A stretch of DNA of 64,000 nucleotides, taken from the NCBI RefSeq assembly GCF_001194135.2, contig NC_068998.1, positions 10,650,653 to 10,714,652 of the forward strand, given 5' to 3'. Shown here in pieces: positions 1 to 11,647 of this stretch. The first letter of the stretch is position 1, and every line of letters begins with the position of its first letter. The notes beneath the pieces are model-generated. The model was not told the DNA's origin. It saw only the letters and a program-made list of their open reading frames with translations, and did no database searches. Made by a program: the position numbers and the translations under genes. The stretch is from Octopus bimaculoides. Its lineage: Eukaryota.

Positions 1-123
1 ATATATAAAGCTTAGTCTAAATATCTTGATCATTCATTTAATAAATATTAACTCAATTAGCAGAAAAACTCAAAAATAAAAATATAAATATAAATATACA
101 AATGTATGAAAAATAAACATCTC

Positions 124-160
<37 letters not shown>

Positions 161-208
161 GGGGAGAACCTTGAGTGACTAGGTTCAAAAAGTTTATAAG
201 GTCAGTTT

Positions 209-417
209 TTAACCCTTAGCATTTAAACTTATATCCAGTTCAAACATTCTACCTGTTTTATGTTCAAACTGGCCTCTCACACCTAACCCACAATGTCATT
301 CTAAAAAAAAAAATCACAACCTCAAAATCTTGAAGTTCTGAGATTAAGCATGATTAATTTAAAACAATGTGAATAAATAAACATTACATTTGACAGAGTA
401 ATCTGAATGCAGAAGGG
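209..417. mobile_element. piggyBac-like (TTAA) MITE
   Basis: TTAA|cccttagcattt ... gaatgcagaaggg; homologous copy at 30077-30294. Confidence 0.6.
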
Positions 418-1852
418 AAAATAGAAACATGACATTGTGGTCTTGAACAACTTACTTCATCTCACCTCACCTTAAATAGGAAAAAAATAAAAGATACTTG
501 TCTTGCTTCCTGAAAGAGTAAATCATTCAATACAGAACATTGTTTCCTCATCACTCACACAGACAGACATTGGTTTACATAAATACTGGTTAGGCATAGC
601 ACATATGGTTGGTAATCATATGAAAGATAACTTTATTCTCTTTCATATAAAATCAATGGCATAACCAAGAAGCTAGGAATTATAGTCAGATTTAGATTTA
701 GATGCAAGTAAGCTTTAAAGATATTTAAATGATTTAGATTAGAACAAGTGTAAAGATATATTTTTTTCAACATGTAAATACTAAACAGTATATATAAAGG
801 TTAAAATCCAGTTAAGAGCAGAAAAATTTGCTGGCAAAATTTTTCTGCTCTTAAAAGGATTCTATCCTTTATATATTCTGTTCAGTATTTATGTTTTGAA
901 AAAATATATCTTTCTACTTGTTCTAGAATACATTTCAACGCTTCAAAAACAAACTTATGTTTGTTTACATATGACGTGATTTAGATTAGGTTTTATTGTG
1001 TGAGCATGCATGTGTATGCATATGAACTTGGTTGTGTATGTATGTATGTTCTTGTGTACTTTGAGACTGGAAGAAGGTAAATGGAAAAAGGGTGTATCTA
1101 AGAACACTCCAACAAGAGCTCAAATGCACAAATACCATTGGACAAGCATGAAAAGAACAGCAGCAGATCAATCACAGAGACTTGGAACCTTATGCATCTC
1201 AGAATATGCAAGGACCTAAATGTATGGGTGTATATATACACACACGTGCATACACTCATATATATATATATATATTAAATTCAAATTACAATAAACGTAA
1301 ACAAACAAACGAAGTTCGCTTTTAGAAGCGTTGAGATGTCTTAGAAATTTGAAGAAGTGGTTTTAAATTCTCAATCGCAGGATAATGCTAATAATATAGC
1401 CTGAACAGGATAAACTACCTCTATTTTGCAGAAAAAAGTGTATATATATATATATGAGTGTATGCATGTGTACCTGAGTCCAGTGATACTAAATACAGTT
1501 ATTAAAATAGAGTATGATTCTGTATACATATATTTATTCACAATTAAAGTGTATCAGTAATCTAGATATATATGTTTATAATGAAGAAAAACACGAGAGG
1601 AATGAGTTCAGCCAAAATATTATTATTATAATGCTTGAAAGGAGGGGAGAGAGTCATAGTAATAGTTATTTCCTTTTTTTCCACTTGAAAAAAAAAAACA
1701 AAATAAAAATTAATTTGCTTTGAAGAAAAAAGCTTAATATTAAACTTCAAAATATATGAGAGAGAGAGAAAAATAAGCAGACAAAATATTCAACAAAAAA
1801 ACAAAATAAACATACAAATTTTAAAGACGTGTGTATATTGAGTGGACCTCAC

Positions 1853-1879
1853 CTTAAAGTACTAATGAGTTCACTTCAC
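1853..1879 (-). other. 27-nt exon-like unit with stops in all three frames (non-coding, poison or RS-exon candidate)
   Basis: ctttctgtttctacag|GTGAAGTGAACTCATTAGTACTTTAAG|gtgagg. Confidence 0.3.
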
Positions 1880-4139
1880 CTGTAGAAACAGAAAGCATAC
1901 TATTGAATTGGTAACTAGATGAATTCTGAAATATTAGTACCAGATTTGACTTCGTTTCAGAGGTTACTGATAGCATGCCTACGATCTCATGCAATTTCAC
2001 AAACAATCATGGTCATTGTAATTAACCGTTGGTGAGAATTCAGCATGCAGGCTTTCATCTTAAATGTGATTTAAGCGATATTAAGTTTTGGAATAATAAA
2101 AAAATATAAAGGCAAACACTGTATGGGTGTGTCTATAAGAAATATATATATATATATATATATTACTTGTTTCAGTCATTAGACTGTGGTCATGCTAGGG
2201 CATCTCCTTGAGGAATTTTAATTGAACTAATTGACTCCAATATTCATTTTCTTTTTAAGCAGGGGTACTTATTGCTGAACTACAAAGTTATGGGGCTATA
2301 ATCACACCAACACTGGTTATCAAGGGGTGCAGTGGGGTGACAAACACACACACATACAATGGGCTTTTTTCAGTCAGCTACCATCAACCAAATCCACTCA
2401 CAAAGTTTTGATCAGCCTGAGCCTAGAGTAAAAGACACTTACTTACCCAAGGTGCCACACAGTAGGAGTGAACCTGGAACCCTGTGGTTGGGAAGCAAAC
2501 TTCTTACCACACACCTATGCCTCTGCCTATGTTTATATACATGAGCACAGGTGTGGGTGTACGGTAAGAAGTTTGCTTTGGCTTCAGAAAGGACACCCAG
2601 CTGTAGAAACCACGCCAAATCAGATTGGAACCTAGTGCAGCTCCCCAGTCAAACCATCCAACCCATGCCAGCATGGAAAGCAGATGCTATGATTTTATAT
2701 ATACATATAATTAATAATGAGAGAATAGAAAGGTAATTAATAAATTATTATTTATTAATTAAAAAATTGACAAACATTCCTTACAACTGTTTCAATTCAG
2801 GCTGTCAGAAAATTAATTAAATTAAAAAGTATTTGAAAGTGGAATCTCTTCAGAGGAAGATAAAGGTACACAAAGTAGGTGTTCAGTTTCCTCATGTTGA
2901 GTAAATGGCTGCAAATCGTTAACTTTCAAATAATTTTTAATTTATTTAATTTTCTGAGAGCTGCACCAGGCTCCAACTTGATCTGGCAATGTTTCTACAG
3001 CTGGATGCCCTTCCTAATGCCAACCACTCAGAGTGTAGTGGGTGCTTTTTTCATGCCACCGGAACAGAAGCCAGTCAGGCGGGCCTGGCATTGAGCACAT
3101 TTGGATAGGGTTTTTTACGTGCCACCAGCACACACACACATAGTTTTTGAGACCCGTGAGATTGACATGGTTATCATTGCACCTGCCTGAACATGTGCAA
3201 GAATGGAATTCCAGAGGGACAATGTAGTGAGGAGAAAGGGCTAATGTGCCTATTTGTTAAAAAAATGTAGAGAAAAGAAACAGCACGTCTGTGGATCAAA
3301 GTTTGGAGTGTATTGAAGAAGATTTGGTTACTCTATCTAGCAGGCTGTGTGACCTGGTAGAGGCTTCTTCACTGTAGAAGTAAAATTTTATAGGTTATTA
3401 GCCTATATTAATTGCTTTCATTGCTTGCTACATTAGAAATATGTTTTTAAATATACCTGTACCGGTTAAATAATGTGACAACAGATGGTACATATGATAG
3501 CCTAATTTCCAACTGACTCATACATTTCGTGTTTTTCATTATCGCAGTGTTGATGTACTAAATACCAGTCAAGCACTGAAATCGATTTAACAAACTATTA
3601 ACTCCACCAAGAGAGTGTAGTTTTGTGCCAGTGTTGTTAATCAATATATTACAGTTATCTTTGCAATATGTTCTCTCAGCAAAGCAAATTGTAATTGTTG
3701 AAATGAAAAAAAACCTCTACATTATTGCACAGGAATGATAATTGTAATTGTATTTAGATGCACAATCATGTTTTTGAAGTACCAAGTCAGTGGTTCAAAT
3801 TCCTGTAATGACACTTGTAAATACTTAACTCCCATTAGTTCAATACACCATGTTCAAAAATTGTATGACACCTTGGGCAAGTGTCTTCTACTATAGTCTC
3901 AGGTCGACCAAAGCCTTGTGAGTGGATTTGGTAGATCGAAACTGAAAGATGCCTGCTGTGTGTGTGTGTGTCTTTGTTGTCCTCCTACCACTGCTTGACA
4001 ACCAGTGCTGATGTGTTTGGATTCCTGTAACATAGCAGTTCAGCAAAAGATGCTCGATAGAATAAGTACTGGGGTCAATACATTCAACTAAGAATTCTTC
4101 AAGGTAGTGCCGCAGCATGGCCATAGTCTAATGAGTGAA

Positions 4140-4173
<34 letters not shown>

Positions 4174-5214
4174 CTGTCCCTCACCACCACCTGGCAATCA
4201 GTGTTGGTGTATTTACATCTCCGTAACTTAGCGGTTTGGCAAAAGAGAATGACAGAATAAATATCAGGCTTAACAAGAAATTAAATACTGGGGTTGATTT
4301 GCTTGACAAAAATATTCCTCAAGGCAGTGCCCCAGCATGGCCACAGATTAATGACTGAAACAAGTAAAAAATAAAAGATAAATGTTAAGTGCAACAGACT
4401 AACAGTCTACTAGAAATAATAACTCAAATCTCCCTCAAATCACACGAAACCATTTTAGAAAATGACACACCAAATGTGACTCCAAGTTCCCTTCATATCA
4501 AAAAAAGCTGGGATGGCCATGGATGGATTGCCTTTGATTATGTCTGTTCAATTAAGCCTGACCTGGGTCCAAACAACATTAATGACAGACACCACAAAAC
4601 TATGAACCAATGAGAGAAATAGTAGTTAAATCCCTCTCCCAAATCACATCCTTTCATTTATGAATGAAAGAACACATTGAAAATACATAAACAGGATGGT
4701 CATCCTTGGAACGCTTTTGACTATAGATTTAATACTGGCTAAAATTCAACAACCATGTATCCAGATCTAAGCACCCAATAGGAGTCTTAACAAAAGCAAT
4801 AACATCTACTAATCAATACACTATTTTTAAACCCCTGCCACGATTTTCCTGTACGAACCTGTATACTATGTCAGTGTTATTGGAGAAACATTGAACATCT
4901 CATTAAAAATGAAGACAAGGCATTTATTTGTTGCAGTGGAAACAAAAACTGAAAATAGAATTTAACCAAATGATAGAGAAATATATGTATAAATACAAAA
5001 AATAGCAACATAACCAACAGAACAAATACAAGCAACAAAGCTAAATTAATGTAGCATAGAAAAGCAACTCAAAAGAAATGCATTTGCATATTATATCTAA
5101 TTTGTTCTACTTTGTTGTCACAATAGCAATGCCTCAGGAACACAGATGTGCACCTGCCAATGCAGGAGAGACTGGCGAGAAACTGTTGAATATGTGTCAA
5201 TGATAATAATAATA

Positions 5215-5495
5215 AGAGCACTCAGAGAGCGCAAACCTCCGCCAAGGCAACACCAACATCCTCTCAACGGTTAGCCGGAGATGAGTTTTAAAATGAGAAT
5301 TTCTGAAATATACTTGACTGCTCTCACAAACGAGAATACTAAAAACCCAGCCCCTTTCATAAGTTAAGTAAAAAAAACAAGAAAAATAATCCAGAATCCT
5401 TGTCCAGTACCGGATCGATCCCAAAATCTTGTCCACAGACAAACAAACAAACATGACTGGAAACAATACCTCCACCTTCGCTAAGGCGAAGGTAA
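5215..5495 (-). mobile_element. Helentron-associated non-autonomous element (HINE/DINE-1-like)
   Basis: Subterminal inverted motifs (cctccgccaagg; hairpin ccttcgctaaggcgaagg), internal (tgtt)n, gagtgctct end; homologous to 25544-25895 and 28586-28926. Confidence 0.6.
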
Positions 5496-5995
5496 TAATT
5501 TTTGGAAGAACTTTGTGGGAGGTTGTAGAGTTAATCAATTAAATTGAACCCAAGTACTTAACTGGCACAATATTTATTGAACCCAGAAAGAAAGAAATTT
5601 TGGCAGAAAGGGATCAGTCAAAAATGAAACAATTAGTTATATAACGCCAATACTTCACTGTAAAATACTTTATCTTAACTACAGAAGGATGAGAAGCTAA
5701 GTTGACTTTAACAGAATTTGAACTCAGAATGTAAAGGGCTGTAACTAAATACTATGAAGCATTTTGTCCAATGCTCTAATGAATCTTGCAATCTAACATC
5801 AATGATAATTCTTTCGAATTTTTGGCACAGAGCCAACAATTTTGAGAAGGAGGGGTTGATTATATCAACCCCAGTGCTCAACTGGTGCTTGTTTTATCAA
5901 CTCTGGAGGGGTGAAAAGCAAAGTTGACAATACTGCTAAACAGTTTGTTCAGTGCAGTAATGATCCTACCAGCCTTACCACCAATAATATAAGGG

Positions 5996-6610
5996 GAGGG
6001 GGTGCTGAAAAGTTCCTGGCTTTGGGTAAAAGATAAAATACAAGAGGATCAGTCAAAACGGTAGAGGAGCAGGGTTCGAAACCGGACGTGGTTCCTCCTG
6101 ATGATGTCTTCAGCTAACTGAACCCGAATCCACCAAGGGAAGGTATGTCGGAAGAAAGTAATTCAACAACGCAGGTTGATGAACCATAAGACGTGTGGCC
6201 AGAACCGCCTGGAAAATAACCATAGCGAGGGACATTCCACAGTTGAATTAGAACAGTCACAAACAGTGAAAGAAGACATGCACCCAACACCAGAGCTGAA
6301 GACACCTCCGAAAGGGGGTGGCCCCGCCACGTCAAAACGGTAGAGGAGTAGGGGCCGAAACCGGACGTGTTCCCTCCTGATGATGTCTTGAGCTAACTGG
6401 ATCCTATAAAGGAGCTGTTGTGGTAGCAGACCACGAAACATGGTTGAAATTCCTTCCTGATTTTATTTAACATTTTCTCCTCTCAGATTCACACACTTAT
6501 TGCAGTGGTCCTTCAGTTTTCCTAAGCCATGTGAAAGAATTTGAAAGGTTGGGCCTACAACCAGGCCTTTCGTGATACTCTTAAAGACAGGAACTTTCCA
6601 GCACTCTCTC
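5996..6610. mobile_element. Mariner-derived MITE interrupted by a 402-bp foreign insert (6056-6457)
   Basis: TIR-like ends gagggggtgctgaaaagttcctggcttt and aaagacaggaactttccagcactctc; both halves match the uninterrupted copy at 61621-61833. Confidence 0.8.
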
Positions 6611-7314
6611 ATATTAACAATTTCTAAGATAGCAACAGAAATTTGGCAAGAGGATAAATAGATTATAGTGGACCTATAAATGTGGGGCACAAACTATTAT
6701 GCTGGTAGAATTGTAAGTAGGAAGAAATGCTTTGTGATATTTCTTCCAGCTTTTTAGATTTTGTGTTCAAATCCTGCCAAGGTCAATTTTGCCTCTCATC
6801 CTTCCAGGAATGATAAAAAAAAAAAGTACCAGTCAAGTGTTGATGGCATAGACGAAAATCCTCCCTTCAAAACTGCTGCCTAAATAAGAAACCAATATTT
6901 AGGAAGCAGAGAGTTATATGAAGAAAATTGGGTTGTCATTTCTAGCATTGCAAAACTTATCTAATACATCCTTTCCTTATTTAAAAGGGTAGATGTATTT
7001 TGAGGGAGATTTGACTGCTGTTTCTTGAAGGTCGGACAACCAAATAGCAAGGCAAATATCAGTAAAGGAGAATATTTAATGATTGAATGAAATTTTATCG
7101 ATCCCTCAGGCAGTTTAACACTATTTTTTTTAACACAGGCACACTATACATACATTAGATAGAAAACAAAACTGCCCCCTTTTCAAACGTTATTTGAAAC
7201 GAAAACAGGCCTGCCCGCAATGTAAACAGGGGTCTTGGGCAGTCGATATTATGTATCTCTCGGTAATAATGAAAGTGAAACAGGAAAAAACTAAAAGCAG
7301 AAAGCTGTGTTATT

Positions 7315-8097
7315 NNNNNNNNNNNNNNNNNNNNNNNNNNNNNNNNNNNNNNNNNNNNNNNNNNNNNNNNNNNNNNNNNNNNNNNNNNNNNNNNNNNNNN
7401 NNNNNNNNNNNNNNNNNNNNNNNNNNNNNNNNNNNNNNNNNNNNNNNNNNNNNNNNNNNNNNNNNNNNNNNNNNNNNNNNNNNNNNNNNNNNNNNNNNNN
7501 NNNNNNNNNNNNNNNNNNNNNNNNNNNNNNNNNNNNNNNNNNNNNNNNNNNNNNNNNNNNNNNNNNNNNNNNNNNNNNNNNNNNNNNNNNNNNNNNNNNN
7601 NNNNNNNNNNNNNNNNNNNNNNNNNNNNNNNNNNNNNNNNNNNNNNNNNNNNNNNNNNNNNNNNNNNNNNNNNNNNNNNNNNNNNNNNNNNNNNNNNNNN
7701 NNNNNNNNNNNNNNNNNNNNNNNNNNNNNNNNNNNNNNNNNNNNNNNNNNNNNNNNNNNNNNNNNNNNNNNNNNNNNNNNNNNNNNNNNNNNNNNNNNNN
7801 NNNNNNNNNNNNNNNNNNNNNNNNNNNNNNNNNNNNNNNNNNNNNNNNNNNNNNNNNNNNNNNNNNNNNNNNNNNNNNNNNNNNNNNNNNNNNNNNNNNN
7901 NNNNNNNNNNNNNNNNNNNNNNNNNNNNNNNNNNNNNNNNNNNNNNNNNNNNNNNNNNNNNNNNNNNNNNNNNNNNNNNNNNNNNNNNNNNNNNNNNNNN
8001 NNNNNNNNNNNNNNNNNNNNNNNNNNNNNNNNNNNNNNNNNNNNNNNNNNNNNNNNNNNNNNNNNNNNNNNNNNNNNNNNNNNNNNNNNNNNNNNNN
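7315..8097. other. Assembly gap (largest of 11 N-runs)
   Basis: N-run; others at about 11648, 14466, 21497, 31374, 35059, 37541, 38842, 46762, 51771, 60280, mostly flanked by microsatellites. Confidence 0.98.
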
Positions 8098-8137
<40 letters not shown>

Positions 8138-8213
8138 ATCTTTCTATGTTCTCCAAACCTACCCAAGAAGCTGCAGCAACGTGAGCATCGCACATATAAT
8201 CAAGGCAAGTTAC

Positions 8214-8648
8214 TTCATCTGATGCGGTGTCAGCAGATGCTGGTGTTTCGTTGTCCGTGGTTGCGGCATTCGGCATGGCATTGGCACTGGTGCTACCGTT
8301 GTCGTTGGCACTGGTATCGCTGCTGTTGTCGTTGGTACTGGTGGTGGTAGTGGTAGTGGTGGTGGCGCTGGTGGTGGCGGCAGTGCTGCTCCTGCTGCCA
8401 CTGGTATTGGCGTGGGTGCTGGCGCCGTAGCTACTGCTACCTCCGAGCAGGGCACGAGCTTTCTCCAACGGGTTCATTTTACTAAATGACTCACCCGACT
8501 GTCTTGTTTGCCTCGTCTGTCTCGTCTGCCGTGCCTCCTTCTCTCGGTCTCTTTCTCTCAACCTGCCCCTCTCATTGTCGTCATCGTCTTTATCATTATC
8601 GCTCTTCTTCGCCTCGTTCTTAGACTGCATTTTCAAGGTCCGTTTCAT
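8214..8648 (-). CDS. Probable first coding exon of a minus-strand gene; low-complexity acidic/basic then Thr/Ser/Ala-rich N-terminus (MKRTLKMQSK...MNPLEKARALLGG...DTASDE); product unidentified
   Basis: Open frame of 145 codons in GC- and CpG-rich unique sequence. ATG 8648 has GCAACCATG context; an alternative in-frame ATG at 8477 has AAAATG context. The exon ends in phase 0 at GAA|GTAACT (donor 8213-8208). The ORF-track extension through the N gap is an artefact. Confidence 0.6.
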
Positions 8649-8649
8649 G

Positions 8650-9420
8650 GTTGCAGCGAATTTTTGTCTCTTCCGCTCGCTGCCTTCTGTTCGTTTCGTA
8701 TTGCTTCGTTTCGGAATGTTTAGTTTTTGTACCAACTTCTCTGTGATTCTTCTGTCTCTTTCACTTTCTTCCCCAGAACGTATAACGTTTTAGTTTTTAT
8801 AAGTATTGTGTATATAGATATATTGATTAAATCACTTTGTGAAACTGCAATTATTCTTTATCGGATCTATTAAAACAATTTTAACAGCCTTTTTTTTTTT
8901 TTTTCAGTTTATATCATATATCACTTGGTCTAACAACATATATGGTAAACTCTTCGAGAACTGCTCTGTCCCGCTCTTGTGTAATTTTTTTGCGCGAAAA
9001 TCTCCGACGAAAATGCTAAAGTGACCAAGGGCTTTACTTCGAGAATAAATATTTAATAGACAGAAGCGTATGTCTCATTTGGTAGATTCCTATCGGGATA
9101 GAGAGAGTCCGTGAAGACGCACCTAAAATTGTTTAGTAGAGTTACAAAAGACTGGGTGTTGTCTGATTAATGTTGTTACTGACGATGGTATTTCGGTCGA
9201 TTTTTCCTCTCTTTTGTTGTCTATAACTGAATGTTATTAATATATGCGGTTGATAATGATGCGAATTAACTTTTACCAACGGTAGAGTTATCTCCAGTCA
9301 CAAAAAAGGGTCGTAGTAATGGTATAAGGTGGTGGTGAAGATTACTTCTAGAAATGCTACTAAAAAAATAACTTACGCGCACATCTGTAAACACCCACGC
9401 GTAAAAATAAACTGATATAC
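8650..9420. promoter_or_regulatory. CpG-rich 5' UTR/promoter region of the minus-strand gene
   Basis: Dense CpG (tcgctcgc, gcgcgaaa, cgcgtaaa, tacgcgaa) directly upstream of the candidate first exon, against a CpG-poor background elsewhere in the window. Confidence 0.45.
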
Positions 9421-11399
9421 ATACGCGAATGTGTGTGTGTGTGAAGGAGAGAGAGGGAGAGAGAAAGAAAGAGAATGTTTGGGCGTATAGTCGTCTGGGT
9501 AGTGTATCAGTCAGCTTGCAGTTTGTACAACATCAATAGAAAATACTGGTTTTCTAGTTTAGATGATATATAGAGAGAGAAAAAGAGGAACGGAAGACTG
9601 AGAGAGAGAGAGAGAGAAGCACTGAGTAAGAGTTATAGTTGAACAAAGAAAGAGAAGTAACCAATAAAATTAAAATAACGGCAATCGAACTCTTTTCCGC
9701 CTTATATAAAGTGTTCTTTAACACCAGGTCAACTCTGCTAGTGCAGGCCGATGATTAAAAGCGTTCCAGTCATGACCACCACGTTTTGTATGCTAGTGAC
9801 TAATTTATCTAACGGAATTATTTAAGATGGAGGAGGCTGATTTGACTGCTATTTCTAACCGTTCACGCAATCACGTAGAGACTAAATCCCTCATCAAAAT
9901 AGTAATTATTTCTAAGCTAACAGCTTCCCTTTAAACATATAAAATTCTAGTCTTTGGCATCAGCCTTTATAAGACAATCGGGTTCGAACAAGAATGAAGG
10001 CAGGGCCGATCTAATATTTCTTTTATCGATTATAACGAAGTTAATTCAGCTATCTTTATTCTTGTAGAAACCTAGTCATTTTATAAAGGTTTATGTTAAT
10101 GCGCGTGTGTAATATAAGATTTTGTGAACAATAGCGTCGTTGGTTACCGGCTTTCAACAAAGCTAATCATTAACTTCGTAATGGGGAAAGTAATAAGGGT
10201 TTGAGTAAATCTGGCGGAGGTAATATTACAAGGAATGTTTATTCGGAATCACCGGTGAAATGGATTTTTCACTGATGTTTACATTAGTTACTATCATGGT
10301 CGCCGAAAGCTGTCTACGCATATTAGGAAAGATATGTAATGCGTAATATGTTACACCTTTAATTGATTTCCTTAAAATTTATTTTCTGCCTGCCATGTTT
10401 AATATGGTAGCCTCCACATATCTTACTAACATATATATTATCTTGTTTCAGTCATTAGACTACGACCACACTGGAGCACTGCCTTGGATTTTAGTCGAAC
10501 GAATCGACTACAGTACTAATTTTTTAAAACCTGGTACTTATTTTATCAGTCCTTTTTTTTTCTTTACCGAACCACTAAGTTACGGGGACGTTAACATACA
10601 TCACTTGTCATCATATATGTGTGTGTGTTAGTGTGTATAATGGGCTTCCTTCAGTTTCCGTCTACTAGATCCACTCACAAGGCTTTAATCAGCCCGAGGC
10701 TATAGTAGAAGAGAATTGCTCAGAGTGCAACGCATTGGCACTGAACCCGAAACCATGTGATTAGCAAACTAATGGCCACACAGCCATGCCTGCACTTGTA
10801 TAAAATTTTATTTCTTGTTTCAGGCGTTGGACCGTGACCATACTTGGGCATCACTTTAAAAGGTTTAGTCGAACCCGATTTTTACTTTTTGAAGCCTAGT
10901 ATCTATTCTAAAGGGCTCTTTTTGCCGAACCGTTAAGTTACGTGGGCGTAAACAAACCAACACTGGTTGTCAAGCGATAATGGGAGCACAGCCGCAAATA
11001 CAAATACACGTAGATTTTATGCAGATACGACAAGGTTCTTTCAGTTTCTGTTTACGAAGTCCACTTACAAGGCTTTGGGTCAGCTTGTGGTTATAGCAGT
11101 AGCCACTTGCTGAAGGTACCACGGATCTTTCTGATTTGGCGTACACCATTTTTTTTATTTAGTGTGTTTTCTACCGAAACACTTTGAAACTTCGTATAGT
11201 TGTATATTTTGTCTTATAGAACAGAGAAAAAAATTTTATATTCGAAGTTATTGCATGTTAAAAGTTGTCGTATTTCGGTAATTTCAACCAATCACTGACG
11301 TCTATTGAGGTGAAACCAATTACTGCTGTGATTTATCAACACCACGTTGTGGCGGTGTAATGGGATCTATATCCCTTGAATAAAATTACTGCCGTTGTT

Positions 11400-11647
11400 T
11401 GTCAACAACAACTATCGGCGGTACTGTTATTTATGACATCGTTCGTGCATTTGTACTGGTTTTAGCTTTAGGGTTAGAGTTAGAGTTATGAGTATTTTTG
11501 CCAAATTTGGTGGAAAATTTGTGGCAGTGTATTGAACCAAATTTGGCAAAAATACTCATAACTCTAACTCTAACCCTAAAGCTAAAACCAGTACAAATGC
11601 ACGAACGATGTCATAAATAACAGTACCGCCGATAGTTGTTGTTGACA
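11400..11647. repeat. Perfect inverted repeat, 112-bp arms and 24-bp spacer, right arm running into an N gap
   Basis: 11400-11511 is the exact reverse complement of 11536-11647. Confidence 0.95.

Noticed and set aside
6058-6105. GGTAGAG...GGTTCGAAACC tRNA-like boxes and CGAAAC...CTGATGA hammerhead-like words
   Set aside because: Box spacing too short with no anticodon arm; no room for hammerhead stem I
6052-6460. Plus frame reads plausibly if TAA/TAG were Gln (ciliate-type code, possible parasite DNA)
   Set aside because: Nine stops in about 135 codons, two of them TGA, is about what a non-coding frame gives
7155-8222. Long ORFs spanning N gaps (also near 14.4-14.9, 21.5-22.1, 31.3-31.6, 35.0-35.3, 37.4-38.1, 46.6-47.2, 60.1-60.5 kb)
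   Set aside because: Open only because N codons are not stops
8440-8477. LEKARALLGG faintly recalls the N-terminus of SFT2-domain proteins (MDKLRRVLSG)
   Set aside because: Too short, and no matching transmembrane exons found in 1-8200; no symbol assigned
8210-8793. Hydrophobic plus-strand ORFs (8227-8430, 8508-8723, 8575-8793) and the Pro-rich minus ORF 8210-8455
   Set aside because: Shadows of the trinucleotide-rich candidate exon
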